A stretch of DNA of 64,000 nt from Escherichia phage JH2, in sequence record KF055347; one strand, given 5' to 3'. Shown in pieces: positions 37,729 to 46,043 of the stretch (positions are counted from its first letter, which is position 1; each line of letters begins with the position of its first letter). The position numbers and the translations under genes are program-made. The notes below the pieces were generated by a model, which was given only the letters and a program-made list of their open reading frames with translations, was not told the origin of the DNA and did no database searches.

Positions 37729-38530
37729 CAGTGGCGCATGTAAAACGTTGTGAATTGCTGGAAGCCTAAGTCTGTAAAGATATGGTAATCAGCAGCGAAG
37801 TCTCTGTTAGGACTCCTAAAACAAAGGAGAGAGACAATGGCAGGTTACGAAGAGAGATTATGCACTGAGTGTGGTACGGAGTTTAAACCATATCAATACA
37901 ATCAGAAACGGTGCAGAAGTTGTGTATTAAAGTTTGACAGAAGGGCAGAACACAGGGTTCTTACTAAGAAATGCCCTAGTTGTGAGAAGGTGTTCATGCC
38001 GAGAACAGCAAGGCAAGTTTATTGTTCGTCACATTGCGGTGAGAAAGGTAGAGTTAAGAATTACTACCTAAGAACATATGGATTGGAAAGAGAAGAGGTT
38101 GAGTCTCTACTCCGTGACTGTGATTACAAATGTCAAATTTGTGGCGGCGAAGGTTTTATCATGAATGGTTCACGACACAAGGCTAAACTTGTTGTTGACC
38201 ATGACCATAAAACCGGAAAGGTAAGAGGTATGTTATGCCACAATTGCAACAGAGCTTTGGGGTTGCTTGCAGATAGTGTTGATAACATGCAAAGAGCGAT
38301 TGACTATCTAAGCAAATGATATAACTATAGAGATTCCTAACAGAGAAACGTTCAGAGACTATCGAAAAGCATACTTAACGTATGAACTGAGTAGAGTAGG
38401 GTGGTAAGCTAATGACCATCCCCAAGTGCAACGGTAGCATCACTGCTACGTGATATAGTCCGACACTCCGTAGAAATGCGGAGAAGTTCATAAGAGAACT
38501 GGTACACCTTGCGAGTGTATTGACCAGATG
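37729..38530 (+). mobile_element. group I intron in the DNA polymerase gene carrying an EndoVII-type HNH ORF
   Basis: polymerase motif B split (..KNGIY / ..LFGAGDEKFAK); exon 1 ends in U at 37728; intron ends in G at 38530; conserved GATATAGTCC at 38452-38461; boundaries inferred. Confidence 0.65.
37837..38319 (+). CDS. intron-encoded HNH endonuclease, endonuclease VII-like
   Basis: 160 aa; VVDHDHKTGKVRGMLCHNCNRALG typical of EndoVII-type HNH; several CxxC pairs; good RBS. Confidence 0.65.
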   Translation: MAGYEERLCTECGTEFKPYQYNQKRCRSCVLKFDRRAEHRVLTKKCPSCEKVFMPRTARQVYCSSHCGEKGRVKNYYLRTYGLEREEVESLLRDCDYKCQICGGEGFIMNGSRHKAKLVVDHDHKTGKVRGMLCHNCNRALGLLADSVDNMQRAIDYLSK

Positions 38531-39087
38531 TATTGTTCGGGGCTGGCGATGAGAAATTTGCTAAGACGATTAAAGCATCTACAACTGAGGAAGGTGCTTT
38601 AACTAAGCAAACATACTTTGTACGTCTCCCTAAAATTAAGAAGTTGATAGATAATTTAGAAGCAGACTTCAAAGCCACTAAGAAGGCTCTTGAAGAGGTA
38701 TTTGGTAAGACTGCCGCAATCTCTAAAGGGGGGTTTGTAAAGGTTGCTGGAGCTTGGTTGTGGTGTAAATCTCCACATAAGTTATTGAATTATTTGCTTA
38801 TGGGTTCGGAAAGTCAGGTTCAGAATGAAGCCATCAACCTCGCTTGTAGAAGAACTTGTGAAGAGGGTCTTACAAAGTTGAATGGTCGAAAACCAGCTAT
38901 TGGCGCTAGATTGCTTTTAGCATATCACGATGAGAATAGTTGGGAGTGTCCAGAAGACATGACGCAGGATGTTAAAGCAGTAATTGACTGGATGTATGGT
39001 CAAGCATCAAGAAATTTAGGGCTTAAGGAGGAAACTCTCGTAACTGGCACTGGTAAAGTTGGTAAAAATTGGCTTGAGGTACACTGA
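38531..39087 (+). CDS. DNA polymerase family A, exon 2 (second half of motif B through C-terminus)
   Basis: begins LFGAGDEKFAK aligning with T7 gp5 ..YGAGDEKIG; no ATG start, consistent with an exon. Confidence 0.7.
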
Positions 39088-39148
39088 TTAGTATTGACAA
39101 GGTGCTCATGGAAGAGTACCTTATACAATATCTTATATAGGAGGTCAC

Positions 39149-39367
39149 ATGACGCTTTCAGAGATTGAAGTTCAGTTGCAATGTGCAGGTTATTCTCAAA
39201 AAGAGATTGAAGGGATGTTTATTGTTCTTTGCAGTAGCTGTAGGAATTTGAAGGTAAAACCTGAAGTTCTACGTAGAGTCGATATCTTTATTGCTGGAGG
39301 CAAAATCGCAAAAGATAAGACGGGTTACTTAAAAGGTGAGCGTGTAAACATTGAGACTTTACTATGA
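39149..39367 (+). CDS. hypothetical small protein, paralog A
   Basis: 72 aa; AGGAGG RBS; C-terminus IAGGKIAKDKTGYLKGERVNIETLL similar to ORF 39570..39782. Confidence 0.5.
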   Translation: MTLSEIEVQLQCAGYSQKEIEGMFIVLCSSCRNLKVKPEVLRRVDIFIAGGKIAKDKTGYLKGERVNIETLL

Positions 39368-39573
39368 GCCACCGTGGAAGAACCCATGCAGCAATGATGA
39401 AAGGTGCTTCAAAGGAAACTATCAAGAATCGTAAACAGAAGTTGTTTGAGAGGATGAACAGGTTAATTGACAATTCATCTCTTTCAGGTTCTGAGAAGGT
39501 TTTCTTGAAAGGTAATCTGAAAAGCATTGCACAAGAACTTATTGACATTGAGTATTGGAGACACCAAAAATGA
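39364..39573 (+). CDS. hypothetical basic protein
   Basis: 69-aa ORF, ATGA coupling at both ends. Confidence 0.4.
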   Translation: MSHRGRTHAAMMKGASKETIKNRKQKLFERMNRLIDNSSLSGSEKVFLKGNLKSIAQELIDIEYWRHQK

Positions 39574-39782
39574 CACTTGCAGACGTTATTCAGCAACTTC
39601 ACAACAACTGCTACACTCCAGAGTTGATTCAGGAGATGCTCATTGTAGTAATACCTAGTAAGTTCGTAAAAGGTTTTAATCGTGACTCCTTAATGTCTGC
39701 ACATATCATTATTGTTGACGGTAAGATTGCAAGAGACCGTACAGGAGTCCTTAAGGGTGAACGTATTAGCATTGACATCTGA
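39570..39782 (+). CDS. hypothetical small protein, paralog B
   Basis: 70 aa from ATG 39570; IVDGKIARDRTGVLKGERISIDI parallels paralog A; upstream DNA motif repeated at 39774-39803. Confidence 0.5.
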   Translation: MTLADVIQQLHNNCYTPELIQEMLIVVIPSKFVKGFNRDSLMSAHIIIVDGKIARDRTGVLKGERISIDI

Positions 39783-39799
39783 GTATTGGAGATACCAAA

Positions 39800-39955
39800 A
39801 TGAAACGCAAAGTAAAATTCTTTAGTTTATATGGAAGAGTCGGTAAAGGTTTTGATTGGCAACTCCTACGTTCAGATGTTAAAAGCAACGAGTTAGCACA
39901 GCTTATTATAAACTATCGACGAACGTACAGAGAAGTAGAACATCGTGAACAGTAA
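39800..39955 (+). CDS. small basic protein (not in ORF track, under 60 aa)
   Basis: hand translation MKRKVKFFSLYGRVGKGFDWQLLRSDVKSNELAQLIINYRRTYREVEHREQ; preceded by the duplicated leader motif. Confidence 0.3.
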   Translation: MKRKVKFFSLYGRVGKGFDWQLLRSDVKSNELAQLIINYRRTYREVEHREQ

Positions 39956-39968
39956 CAGGAGAAGTATT

Positions 39969-40205
39969 ATGTGGAAAGCAGTAATTGTGCTTAGTGTTAT
40001 CTTTCTATCTGGCTGTAATCCCTCTTACGAGGACAAAAACGCTTCTTATAGCCTCCCACCAGAGATGCAAGATTGCAAAGTCTATAAGTTACATGGTGAT
40101 GCCATAAGCAGAGACATTGTTGTTGTCAGATGTCCAAACTCTCAAACAACAACATCTTATAGCTATGGTAAAAATGGTCAATCACACACTACTGTTATTG
40201 AGTGA
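39969..40205 (+). CDS. putative lipoprotein
   Basis: signal peptide MWKAVIVLSVIFLSG-C with lipobox; start at ATG 39969 behind AGGAGA RBS; longest ORF begins 39945. Confidence 0.5.
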   Translation: MWKAVIVLSVIFLSGCNPSYEDKNASYSLPPEMQDCKVYKLHGDAISRDIVVVRCPNSQTTTSYSYGKNGQSHTTVIE

Positions 40206-40215
40206 GGTGTTCAAG

Positions 40216-40422
40216 ATGGAAGTTCTAGTAAACTATATCTACTGTTATGATACTGTTCACTCCACTACAACGGTAGCCCAACGTAACCCAATCGTCCCAC
40301 GAGAAGGTGAGTTGGTTCGAATCGAGGGTTGGACTTACACTGTGGAAAGCATCATTCATAAGTTTGATGTTGCTGGTGATGTTCAAGTTATTGACGTAGA
40401 GATTGGTGGTAAGAGAAAATGA
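40216..40422 (+). CDS. hypothetical small protein
   Basis: ORF 40117..40422 trimmed to internal Met MEVLVNY to avoid overlapping the lipoprotein gene. Confidence 0.35.
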   Translation: MEVLVNYIYCYDTVHSTTTVAQRNPIVPREGELVRIEGWTYTVESIIHKFDVAGDVQVIDVEIGGKRK

Positions 40423-40578
40423 AACCTAAGCAAACAATGACAGATGCAACCTTCACAGTACACAGTTTCGATAGATTGCACATCAAAGACACAAAAGATA
40501 CACCAAAATGCGTTGTACATTTTATTAAAAGGCATAGTAACATGTCCTATATGAAATCTGACAAAGGCAATATCACAA

Positions 40579-40770
40579 ATGAATAAAGAAGACAAGCATA
40601 AAAATGCTGTACGGACTCCTGATGGAAAGGTTCAATCCTTCATCCTGACAGTTGGTGGAAATCCGTTTCGTTGCCACTGCGGAGCAAACTGTTTTCATAA
40701 ACCAGATAAAAATGACTTAGAGCTTTACGCATGTAATGCTTGCAATACTTGGTATCACTCAGAGGAATAA
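40579..40770 (+). CDS. hypothetical Cys-rich small protein
   Basis: 63 aa; CHCGANC...CNAC. Confidence 0.4.
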   Translation: MNKEDKHKNAVRTPDGKVQSFILTVGGNPFRCHCGANCFHKPDKNDLELYACNACNTWYHSEE

Positions 40771-40771
40771 A

Positions 40772-41875
40772 ATGACAATACTGTACAAACAAAATAAAGA
40801 CGGCTCTTTTAGCGTCTGGTCATGCGTTGCTGTAGGTGACAAAGTTGTTACCACGTATGGCAAAGAAAATGGCAAGATGATGTTTGAAGAGTATACAGCA
40901 GAACCTAAAAACATCGGTAAAAAGAATGAGCGTAACGCTGAACAACAAGCTCTCTTTGAAGTTGCTGCAAAGTATAAAAAGCAGGTTGACCGCAAAGGTT
41001 ATGCTTACACAAAAGAGTCTGCACAGAATACTGAGAAGGTAGGTGTACAGCTTGCTCATGATGCTGCAAAGGTTAGCCATGCAAAGTATCTGAAGTTCCC
41101 TGCTGATGCTCAACCGAAACTTGATGGTGTCCGTTGTAGGATTTCAAGGCACTTGAGTATTGGCAGTGTATTTACAGCATATTCTCGTGAGAATACTGTT
41201 TACAAAATCCCTACTGAACTAATACCTGACATTATGGCAATGTTAAGGCTCCACAAAGATGTTGATGAATTTGATGGAGAGATTTATGCTCATGGGTGGG
41301 ACTTAGAAGATATCGTCTCCATGATTAAAAATGAAGACAATCCTGACAGACACTTGCTCAAGTTTTACTGGTATGATATCTGCGACAGTACTAAGACGTG
41401 GCCTGAGCGTAGAGATATCATTGAGACTTCACCATTGAATGACTTTAGAGACGGCTGTAAAGTTGTTCCTGTTAAGTCTCGTCGTGTGAACTCTTGGGAA
41501 GAGTTTGATGAAGCTCATGATAAGTGGGTTGAAGCTAAGTTTGAAGGTGCAATGTACCGTTCAATCTCTGAAGAATCTTTCTACGAGTGTTGTCACCGTT
41601 CATACTTCTTGATTAAGCACAAGAAGATGCACACTGAAGAGTTTAAAGTGACTGGTGTCAAGACCGATAAACGTGGTCATGGCAAGTTCGTTGTAGAGAC
41701 TCTTCCTAACGTCTTTGTAGATGTATCATGGAAGACTACTCATGAGAAGAAACAGTATCTTGCTGAGCATCCTGAAGAGTTTATCGGGAAACCTTTAACG
41801 GTTCAGTTCCAGAAGATGACTCGTAAGGGGTCTTTACAGTTCCCTGTTGGTCTAGTTATACGAGATTATGAATAA
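40772..41875 (+). CDS. ATP-dependent DNA ligase
   Basis: adenylation motif KLDGVRC (KxDG); start at ATG 40772 after GAGGA RBS; longest ORF begins 40736. Confidence 0.75.
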   Translation: MTILYKQNKDGSFSVWSCVAVGDKVVTTYGKENGKMMFEEYTAEPKNIGKKNERNAEQQALFEVAAKYKKQVDRKGYAYTKESAQNTEKVGVQLAHDAAKVSHAKYLKFPADAQPKLDGVRCRISRHLSIGSVFTAYSRENTVYKIPTELIPDIMAMLRLHKDVDEFDGEIYAHGWDLEDIVSMIKNEDNPDRHLLKFYWYDICDSTKTWPERRDIIETSPLNDFRDGCKVVPVKSRRVNSWEEFDEAHDKWVEAKFEGAMYRSISEESFYECCHRSYFLIKHKKMHTEEFKVTGVKTDKRGHGKFVVETLPNVFVDVSWKTTHEKKQYLAEHPEEFIGKPLTVQFQKMTRKGSLQFPVGLVIRDYE

Positions 41876-41881
41876 AAGTTG

Positions 41882-41909
41882 TTGACATAGAAAATTTGGT
41901 GAGTATACT
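41882..41909 (+). promoter_or_regulatory. sigma70-like promoter candidate (TTGACA-N16-TATACT)
   Basis: TTGACA at 41882-41887 and TATACT at 41904-41909; inverted repeat GGTGAGTA / TACTCACC spans the -10. Confidence 0.45.
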
Positions 41910-42043
41910 GAGCAGCATAAACCAACGGGTACTCACCAGCATCACTTAAGAGTCTTCTAAAAGGGTTTTTAAGTGAGGTTCAGTGTTGTATGTTTTGGTA
42001 TGGTTTGGTAAGGTAGGGTTTGGTATGGAAGGATGGCAGTAGC

Positions 42044-42107
42044 CTTATAAAAATCTGCCAAATAAGCTATAAAATCTGTTGACAAGTCAGGTGTTATAGC
42101 TTATTTT
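42044..42107 (+). promoter_or_regulatory. promoter/operator candidate: TTGACA flanked by a perfect 12-bp inverted repeat
   Basis: AATAAGCTATAA (42061-42072) and TTATAGCTTATT (42094-42105) bracket TTGACA (42079-42084); direct repeats of TATAAAA(A)TCTG; TATTTT 17 nt after the -35. Confidence 0.45.
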
Positions 42108-42151
42108 TATACTCAATGTAATACAAAATTTAATATAACTTTGAGGTCATT

Positions 42152-42535
42152 ATGAAAAAGATTTTATTAGCTGCTGCAATGGTTATGGCAATGAATTTAC
42201 CAGTCAATGCAACAGAACTCCCCAATGTGGACTTATCAGGTGTTCCAGAAGACACTTGCCAGATTGTAAAAGGTGTTGCTCTATCTAATGGTGAGTTACT
42301 TAAACCAATCTCTGAAGAGTCTTTGACAGAGATGACTGATAAGGTAACTGACTATCAGTATCGCGTTCTTGCAGAGTATTTCCTGCAATCTGCAAATATT
42401 AAAGAGAAACACCATGATGATATTGATGTACAGGCTATGCTCAACCATCGTATTCAGTTTAAAGAAGATTTGATGCAAAAAGCTATGTACGGTGTTGAGT
42501 ATTTCTTAGAAAACAGAAGCTGCACAGGTATTTGA
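42152..42535 (+). CDS. hypothetical secreted protein
   Basis: 127 aa; Sec-type signal MKKILLAAAMVMAMNLPVNA. Confidence 0.5.
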   Translation: MKKILLAAAMVMAMNLPVNATELPNVDLSGVPEDTCQIVKGVALSNGELLKPISEESLTEMTDKVTDYQYRVLAEYFLQSANIKEKHHDDIDVQAMLNHRIQFKEDLMQKAMYGVEYFLENRSCTGI

Positions 42536-42536
42536 T

Positions 42537-42749
42537 ATGGCTCTTAAAAAGTTACATCCCAGAAGCGGTTATGGTAAGATAATTGATGATACAGATGGCT
42601 TTACAGTCTTTACAGTTATCTGTCAAGATGATTCACAGATTGAAAAGGCTCTTGACGATTATCTTAATGATGAACGTGAAAAGGTTAGGGCTACAAACAT
42701 AGATTCATTGATTGACACTTCACGTAAACGGAAGAAGAAAGATGAATGA
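42537..42749 (+). CDS. hypothetical protein
   Basis: 70-aa ORF, Lys-rich C-terminus. Confidence 0.4.
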   Translation: MALKKLHPRSGYGKIIDDTDGFTVFTVICQDDSQIEKALDDYLNDEREKVRATNIDSLIDTSRKRKKKDE

Positions 42750-43041
42750 GGTTTTTGACCCTTATGCTCCACAAGATGATTGGGAGGCTGACAGAGAGGC
42801 TGAAATGGAGAGTTATATTTGTCCAATGGATGTAGACGAAATGAGAGATTTCGTTGCACATCGTTTTAAGAGAGAGATTAAATCCAGAGGTCTTTCTCAA
42901 GAGCAAGTTGCTAAAATTTGTGGTATCTCTCAGGCTCGTGTATCCAACATAATCAATCTCACTGGTAATGTCTCTCTTGAGTTTATGTTGGAAGTATGTG
43001 AAAAATTTGGTGTTAATTTTAATTTAAGGTTGGCAGATTAA
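42742..43041 (+). CDS. helix-turn-helix (XRE/Cro-like) DNA-binding protein
   Basis: RGLSQEQVAKICGISQARVSNIIN is a classic HTH; acidic N-terminal region; start at internal ATG 42742. Confidence 0.55.
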   Translation: MNEVFDPYAPQDDWEADREAEMESYICPMDVDEMRDFVAHRFKREIKSRGLSQEQVAKICGISQARVSNIINLTGNVSLEFMLEVCEKFGVNFNLRLAD

Positions 43042-43042
43042 T

Positions 43043-43402
43043 ATGAAACGTGAAAACATTATCCACTCCGAAAACTTTGCATTAGGCTTTTATGGTGTAC
43101 CTACTCACCTTGAAAAGTATTATGGTGTGAAGATTCTTTCCAACCTCATTATGGCTTACAAAGATGGTAAGATTAAGCATACTGAGAAGAAACGTGTCAT
43201 GGGTTACATGGCTGTAGGTTCAGCAATCTCAAACATTAAGCTGGAAACAACTAGCAGCCAGATTGTGAAAGACCACTTCATCAAAGAGCTTTACCACAAT
43301 CTTGATGGTGTAGATGTTCAGGCTGTTTGGCTGGATGTTGACGGTCACAACTACACAAGCTTCGTTTTCAAAAACGATGACATTAAATGTTTGTTCCCAT
43401 AA
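43043..43402 (+). CDS. hypothetical protein
   Basis: 119-aa ORF. Confidence 0.45.
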   Translation: MKRENIIHSENFALGFYGVPTHLEKYYGVKILSNLIMAYKDGKIKHTEKKRVMGYMAVGSAISNIKLETTSSQIVKDHFIKELYHNLDGVDVQAVWLDVDGHNYTSFVFKNDDIKCLFP

Positions 43403-43415
43403 TAGGTGATTAACT

Positions 43416-43931
43416 ATGATTGATATCTACTTACAAGATGCTCATGCAGACTTCCTTAAAGTGATGCTTAAAAAGTTTATGGCTTCACAGTATGAGAATG
43501 AAGCATCTTTTAAAATAGTTACATGTGGCGATGAAGCTGGTTTTGTTGAGATTGAACATGAAGGTACTGGAAAGACTGTTTGCAAGTTACCTGATAGTAT
43601 GTTCTCTAGCACGTTCTTAGCAAAGACTAGTATAAATGTTAAGCTTGTTCCTCAGATTGAAACATACTCTGGTACAGATTATCCTAAAGGCTTTAAGTCA
43701 CTGATGAAGTACTTCTTAGATGACTTTGTGAGCAATCTTATTAGTGAGGTAACAGAAAGCCGTACAATATTAACTGTAGAGAATATCGGAGGGACTATCA
43801 GGATTACTTCTGACCGCTACTCTATGAGTCTCTTCGACTTCGTTCCTAAGAACTTTGATGGTATTCTGGATGAAGAAGATGACTGTGTAGACTTTATATT
43901 GGTTCTTGAACCAGTTTTTGAGGTTAAATAA
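43416..43931 (+). CDS. hypothetical protein
   Basis: 171-aa ORF. Confidence 0.45.
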   Translation: MIDIYLQDAHADFLKVMLKKFMASQYENEASFKIVTCGDEAGFVEIEHEGTGKTVCKLPDSMFSSTFLAKTSINVKLVPQIETYSGTDYPKGFKSLMKYFLDDFVSNLISEVTESRTILTVENIGGTIRITSDRYSMSLFDFVPKNFDGILDEEDDCVDFILVLEPVFEVK

Positions 43932-44192
43932 ATGAAAATTGAACACTGCTATGAGTCTGATGGAACACCCATTCGTTGTCCACATTGTGGGTGTACAGAC
44001 TTGCAAGGTGAAGTTCATATGATTGTTAATGGTCATATAGCTGAAGAAAGTACTACATGTGTTGGTTGTGGTGAGCATCTATCATTCTGGGCTTATGGTT
44101 CATACCAACCTACACCACACTTAATCTACCATAGCAATAAAGCTGTGAAGAATGTTATCAACTGGTTCATTAAGAAAGGATTTACAAAATGA
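43932..44192 (+). CDS. hypothetical zinc-ribbon protein
   Basis: 86 aa; CPHCGC...CVGCG. Confidence 0.45.
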   Translation: MKIEHCYESDGTPIRCPHCGCTDLQGEVHMIVNGHIAEESTTCVGCGEHLSFWAYGSYQPTPHLIYHSNKAVKNVINWFIKKGFTK

Positions 44193-44734
44193 TTAAATTA
44201 ATCTTTGCAAGTGGTGAAAATGGTGAGTTTGGTACTCCAACTGGTATGCCGTGGCCTCGACATAAACAGGATATGCAAGAGTTTAAGAGACTCACTAAAA
44301 ATAACTTAGTAGTGATGGGGAATGAGACTTTTAAGACTCTGGGTAGTAAACCTTTACCAGAACGTGCAAACCTCATCTTAACAAATTCTGTACCATACTT
44401 AGGCATAGACTTTGGCAAAGATGACGTAATGTATGCTAAAGCCAGTAAAGAGTCATTTGGAGCATTTTTGAAATATCTTGATAGCTCTATTGATGAAGAT
44501 ATCTTTGTAATTGGTGGTGCAGGTGTCCTTGTCAATGCTTTACCGTATGCTAGTGTGGTGTTCCATACTGTTTTCCATAAAGTTACTGAAGAAGCCACTG
44601 TGTATTTACCTTTTGAAAACTTCTTTGAGAAGCTGTATGATAACCGTGTATTTACAAAGGTACAGTCAAAACCATCAGAGGATGGTAAAGCAACTTTTGA
44701 AATTTATGTTCCACAAGTAAAAGGACACTTTTGA
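44189..44734 (+). CDS. frd: dihydrofolate reductase
   Basis: 181 aa; N-terminal IFASGENGEFG..GMPW resembles the DHFR fingerprint; immediately upstream of thymidylate synthase. Confidence 0.75.
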   Translation: MIKLIFASGENGEFGTPTGMPWPRHKQDMQEFKRLTKNNLVVMGNETFKTLGSKPLPERANLILTNSVPYLGIDFGKDDVMYAKASKESFGAFLKYLDSSIDEDIFVIGGAGVLVNALPYASVVFHTVFHKVTEEATVYLPFENFFEKLYDNRVFTKVQSKPSEDGKATFEIYVPQVKGHF

Positions 44735-44735
44735 T

Positions 44736-45635
44736 ATGTCACAAGCAGATACAAGTTACAAAAATATCCTGAACCATGTTTTATCCGTTGGTGAACTGCG
44801 TACTACACGAACTGGAGATGTTATCTCTGCATTTGCTCCACCTCAGTTTCGTTTTGATATGCGAACTGGTTTCCCGCTCTTAACATCTAAACAGGTGTTT
44901 ACACGGCAAGTTATTGGGGAAGCTTTATGGTTCCTGAATGGTGAGAATAAGCTTGGTGAACTCCGTTATCGTACTTGGGGTGAAAATGATGGGGAACGCT
45001 GGACTATCTGGTCAGATGATTTTAAACGCTGGTTAAGCTCTAATTATTCTTCTGAACAAGATTGGTTAGAAGATGCAGGTGGAAGAATCTATGGGGTTCA
45101 GTGGAGAAACTTTGAAGGCCATAACGGTTGTGTTGTAGACCAGTTAGATGCCTTAGTAACAAAGATGAAGGGTGATATCACAGACCGTTACATGCTTGTT
45201 AATGCTTGGAATGCAGCAGACATTGCAGCAAACTCAATGGCTTTAGCACCTTGTCATGTTCTGTTTCAGATTTATATCACTAATGAGGGTGAAGTTGACT
45301 TACAATGGTATCAGCGTTCAGTAGACACCTTTTTAGGACTTCCATTTAATATTGCATCTTATGGTTTTATTCTGGAAGTTCTTTGTAAGATGACTGGATA
45401 CACTCCACGGTACTTGATAGGTGTCTTTGGGGATACTCAGATTTATCAGAACCATATGAAACAGGTTTATGAACTGATGAACAATGAAGAGTTCCATGCA
45501 CCAACTTTTGAGATTGGTCTACAACTTAATACTTTAAGTGACCTAAAACATCTCACTGCAAGTGACTTTATCGGTGGCATTAACAACTACCAACATGCAG
45601 GAAAGATTGAAGCACCTTTATCAGTAGGTAAGTAA
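44736..45635 (+). CDS. thyA: thymidylate synthase
   Basis: 299 aa; catalytic-Cys context ALAPCHVLFQ; adjacency to DHFR; a dCMP hydroxymethylase-type relative cannot be excluded. Confidence 0.7.
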   Translation: MSQADTSYKNILNHVLSVGELRTTRTGDVISAFAPPQFRFDMRTGFPLLTSKQVFTRQVIGEALWFLNGENKLGELRYRTWGENDGERWTIWSDDFKRWLSSNYSSEQDWLEDAGGRIYGVQWRNFEGHNGCVVDQLDALVTKMKGDITDRYMLVNAWNAADIAANSMALAPCHVLFQIYITNEGEVDLQWYQRSVDTFLGLPFNIASYGFILEVLCKMTGYTPRYLIGVFGDTQIYQNHMKQVYELMNNEEFHAPTFEIGLQLNTLSDLKHLTASDFIGGINNYQHAGKIEAPLSVGK

Positions 45636-45644
45636 AACAAAAAA

Positions 45645-45664
45645 GGCTCCTTTTTATGGGAGCC
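45645..45664. terminator. bidirectional terminator-like hairpin between convergent blocks
   Basis: GGCTCC (45645-45650) pairs with GGAGCC (45659-45664), A/T-rich flanks. Confidence 0.5.
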
Positions 45665-45671
45665 TTAAATT

Positions 45672-46043
45672 TTACTTTTCAGTATTCTTTGTGTTCTTTT
45701 CAGTAATAGCTTGGAGGGCTGATACTGATTGAGCCAGATTGTTCACACTATCAGAGAATTTATCAAGGGTCTTAGTAAGTTTTGCGTTCTCACCCTTAAC
45801 ATTCTCTAACTGGACTTTCTGGTTCTCCATCCCTAGCTGAAGCAGCCTCATATCAGACTGTAAATCACGAATAGCTGAATAATTACTTTTGGAATAATTA
45901 TCTAACTGCTGTAACTTTGTTGTGATAGACACTTCTTGTTTACCACTTGCAACCTGCATTGTGGTATACATCCCAATAACACTAAAAATACCAACTACAA
46001 TTGCACCAATATTGTTTTTAAAAGCTTCCTCTAGCCACTTCAT
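45672..46043 (-). CDS. hypothetical membrane-anchored coiled-coil protein
   Basis: 123 aa; N-terminal TM IGAIVVGIFSVIGMY then helical region; last gene of the late block. Confidence 0.45.
   Translation of the reverse strand: MKWLEEAFKNNIGAIVVGIFSVIGMYTTMQVASGKQEVSITTKLQQLDNYSKSNYSAIRDLQSDMRLLQLGMENQKVQLENVKGENAKLTKTLDKFSDSVNNLAQSVSALQAITEKNTKNTEK

Noticed and set aside
40300-40335. GGTTCGAATC, resembling a tRNA T-loop
   Set aside because: No acceptor-stem or anticodon-arm complementarity around it, and it sits inside an ORF; I found no convincing tRNA gene in this window.
42079-42107. Canonical sigma70 promoter call for TTGACA at 42079 with TATACT as -10
   Set aside because: TATACT lies 23 nt downstream, too far; only a weaker TATTTT hexamer sits at 17-nt spacing, so the element is reported as an operator/promoter candidate rather than a confident promoter.
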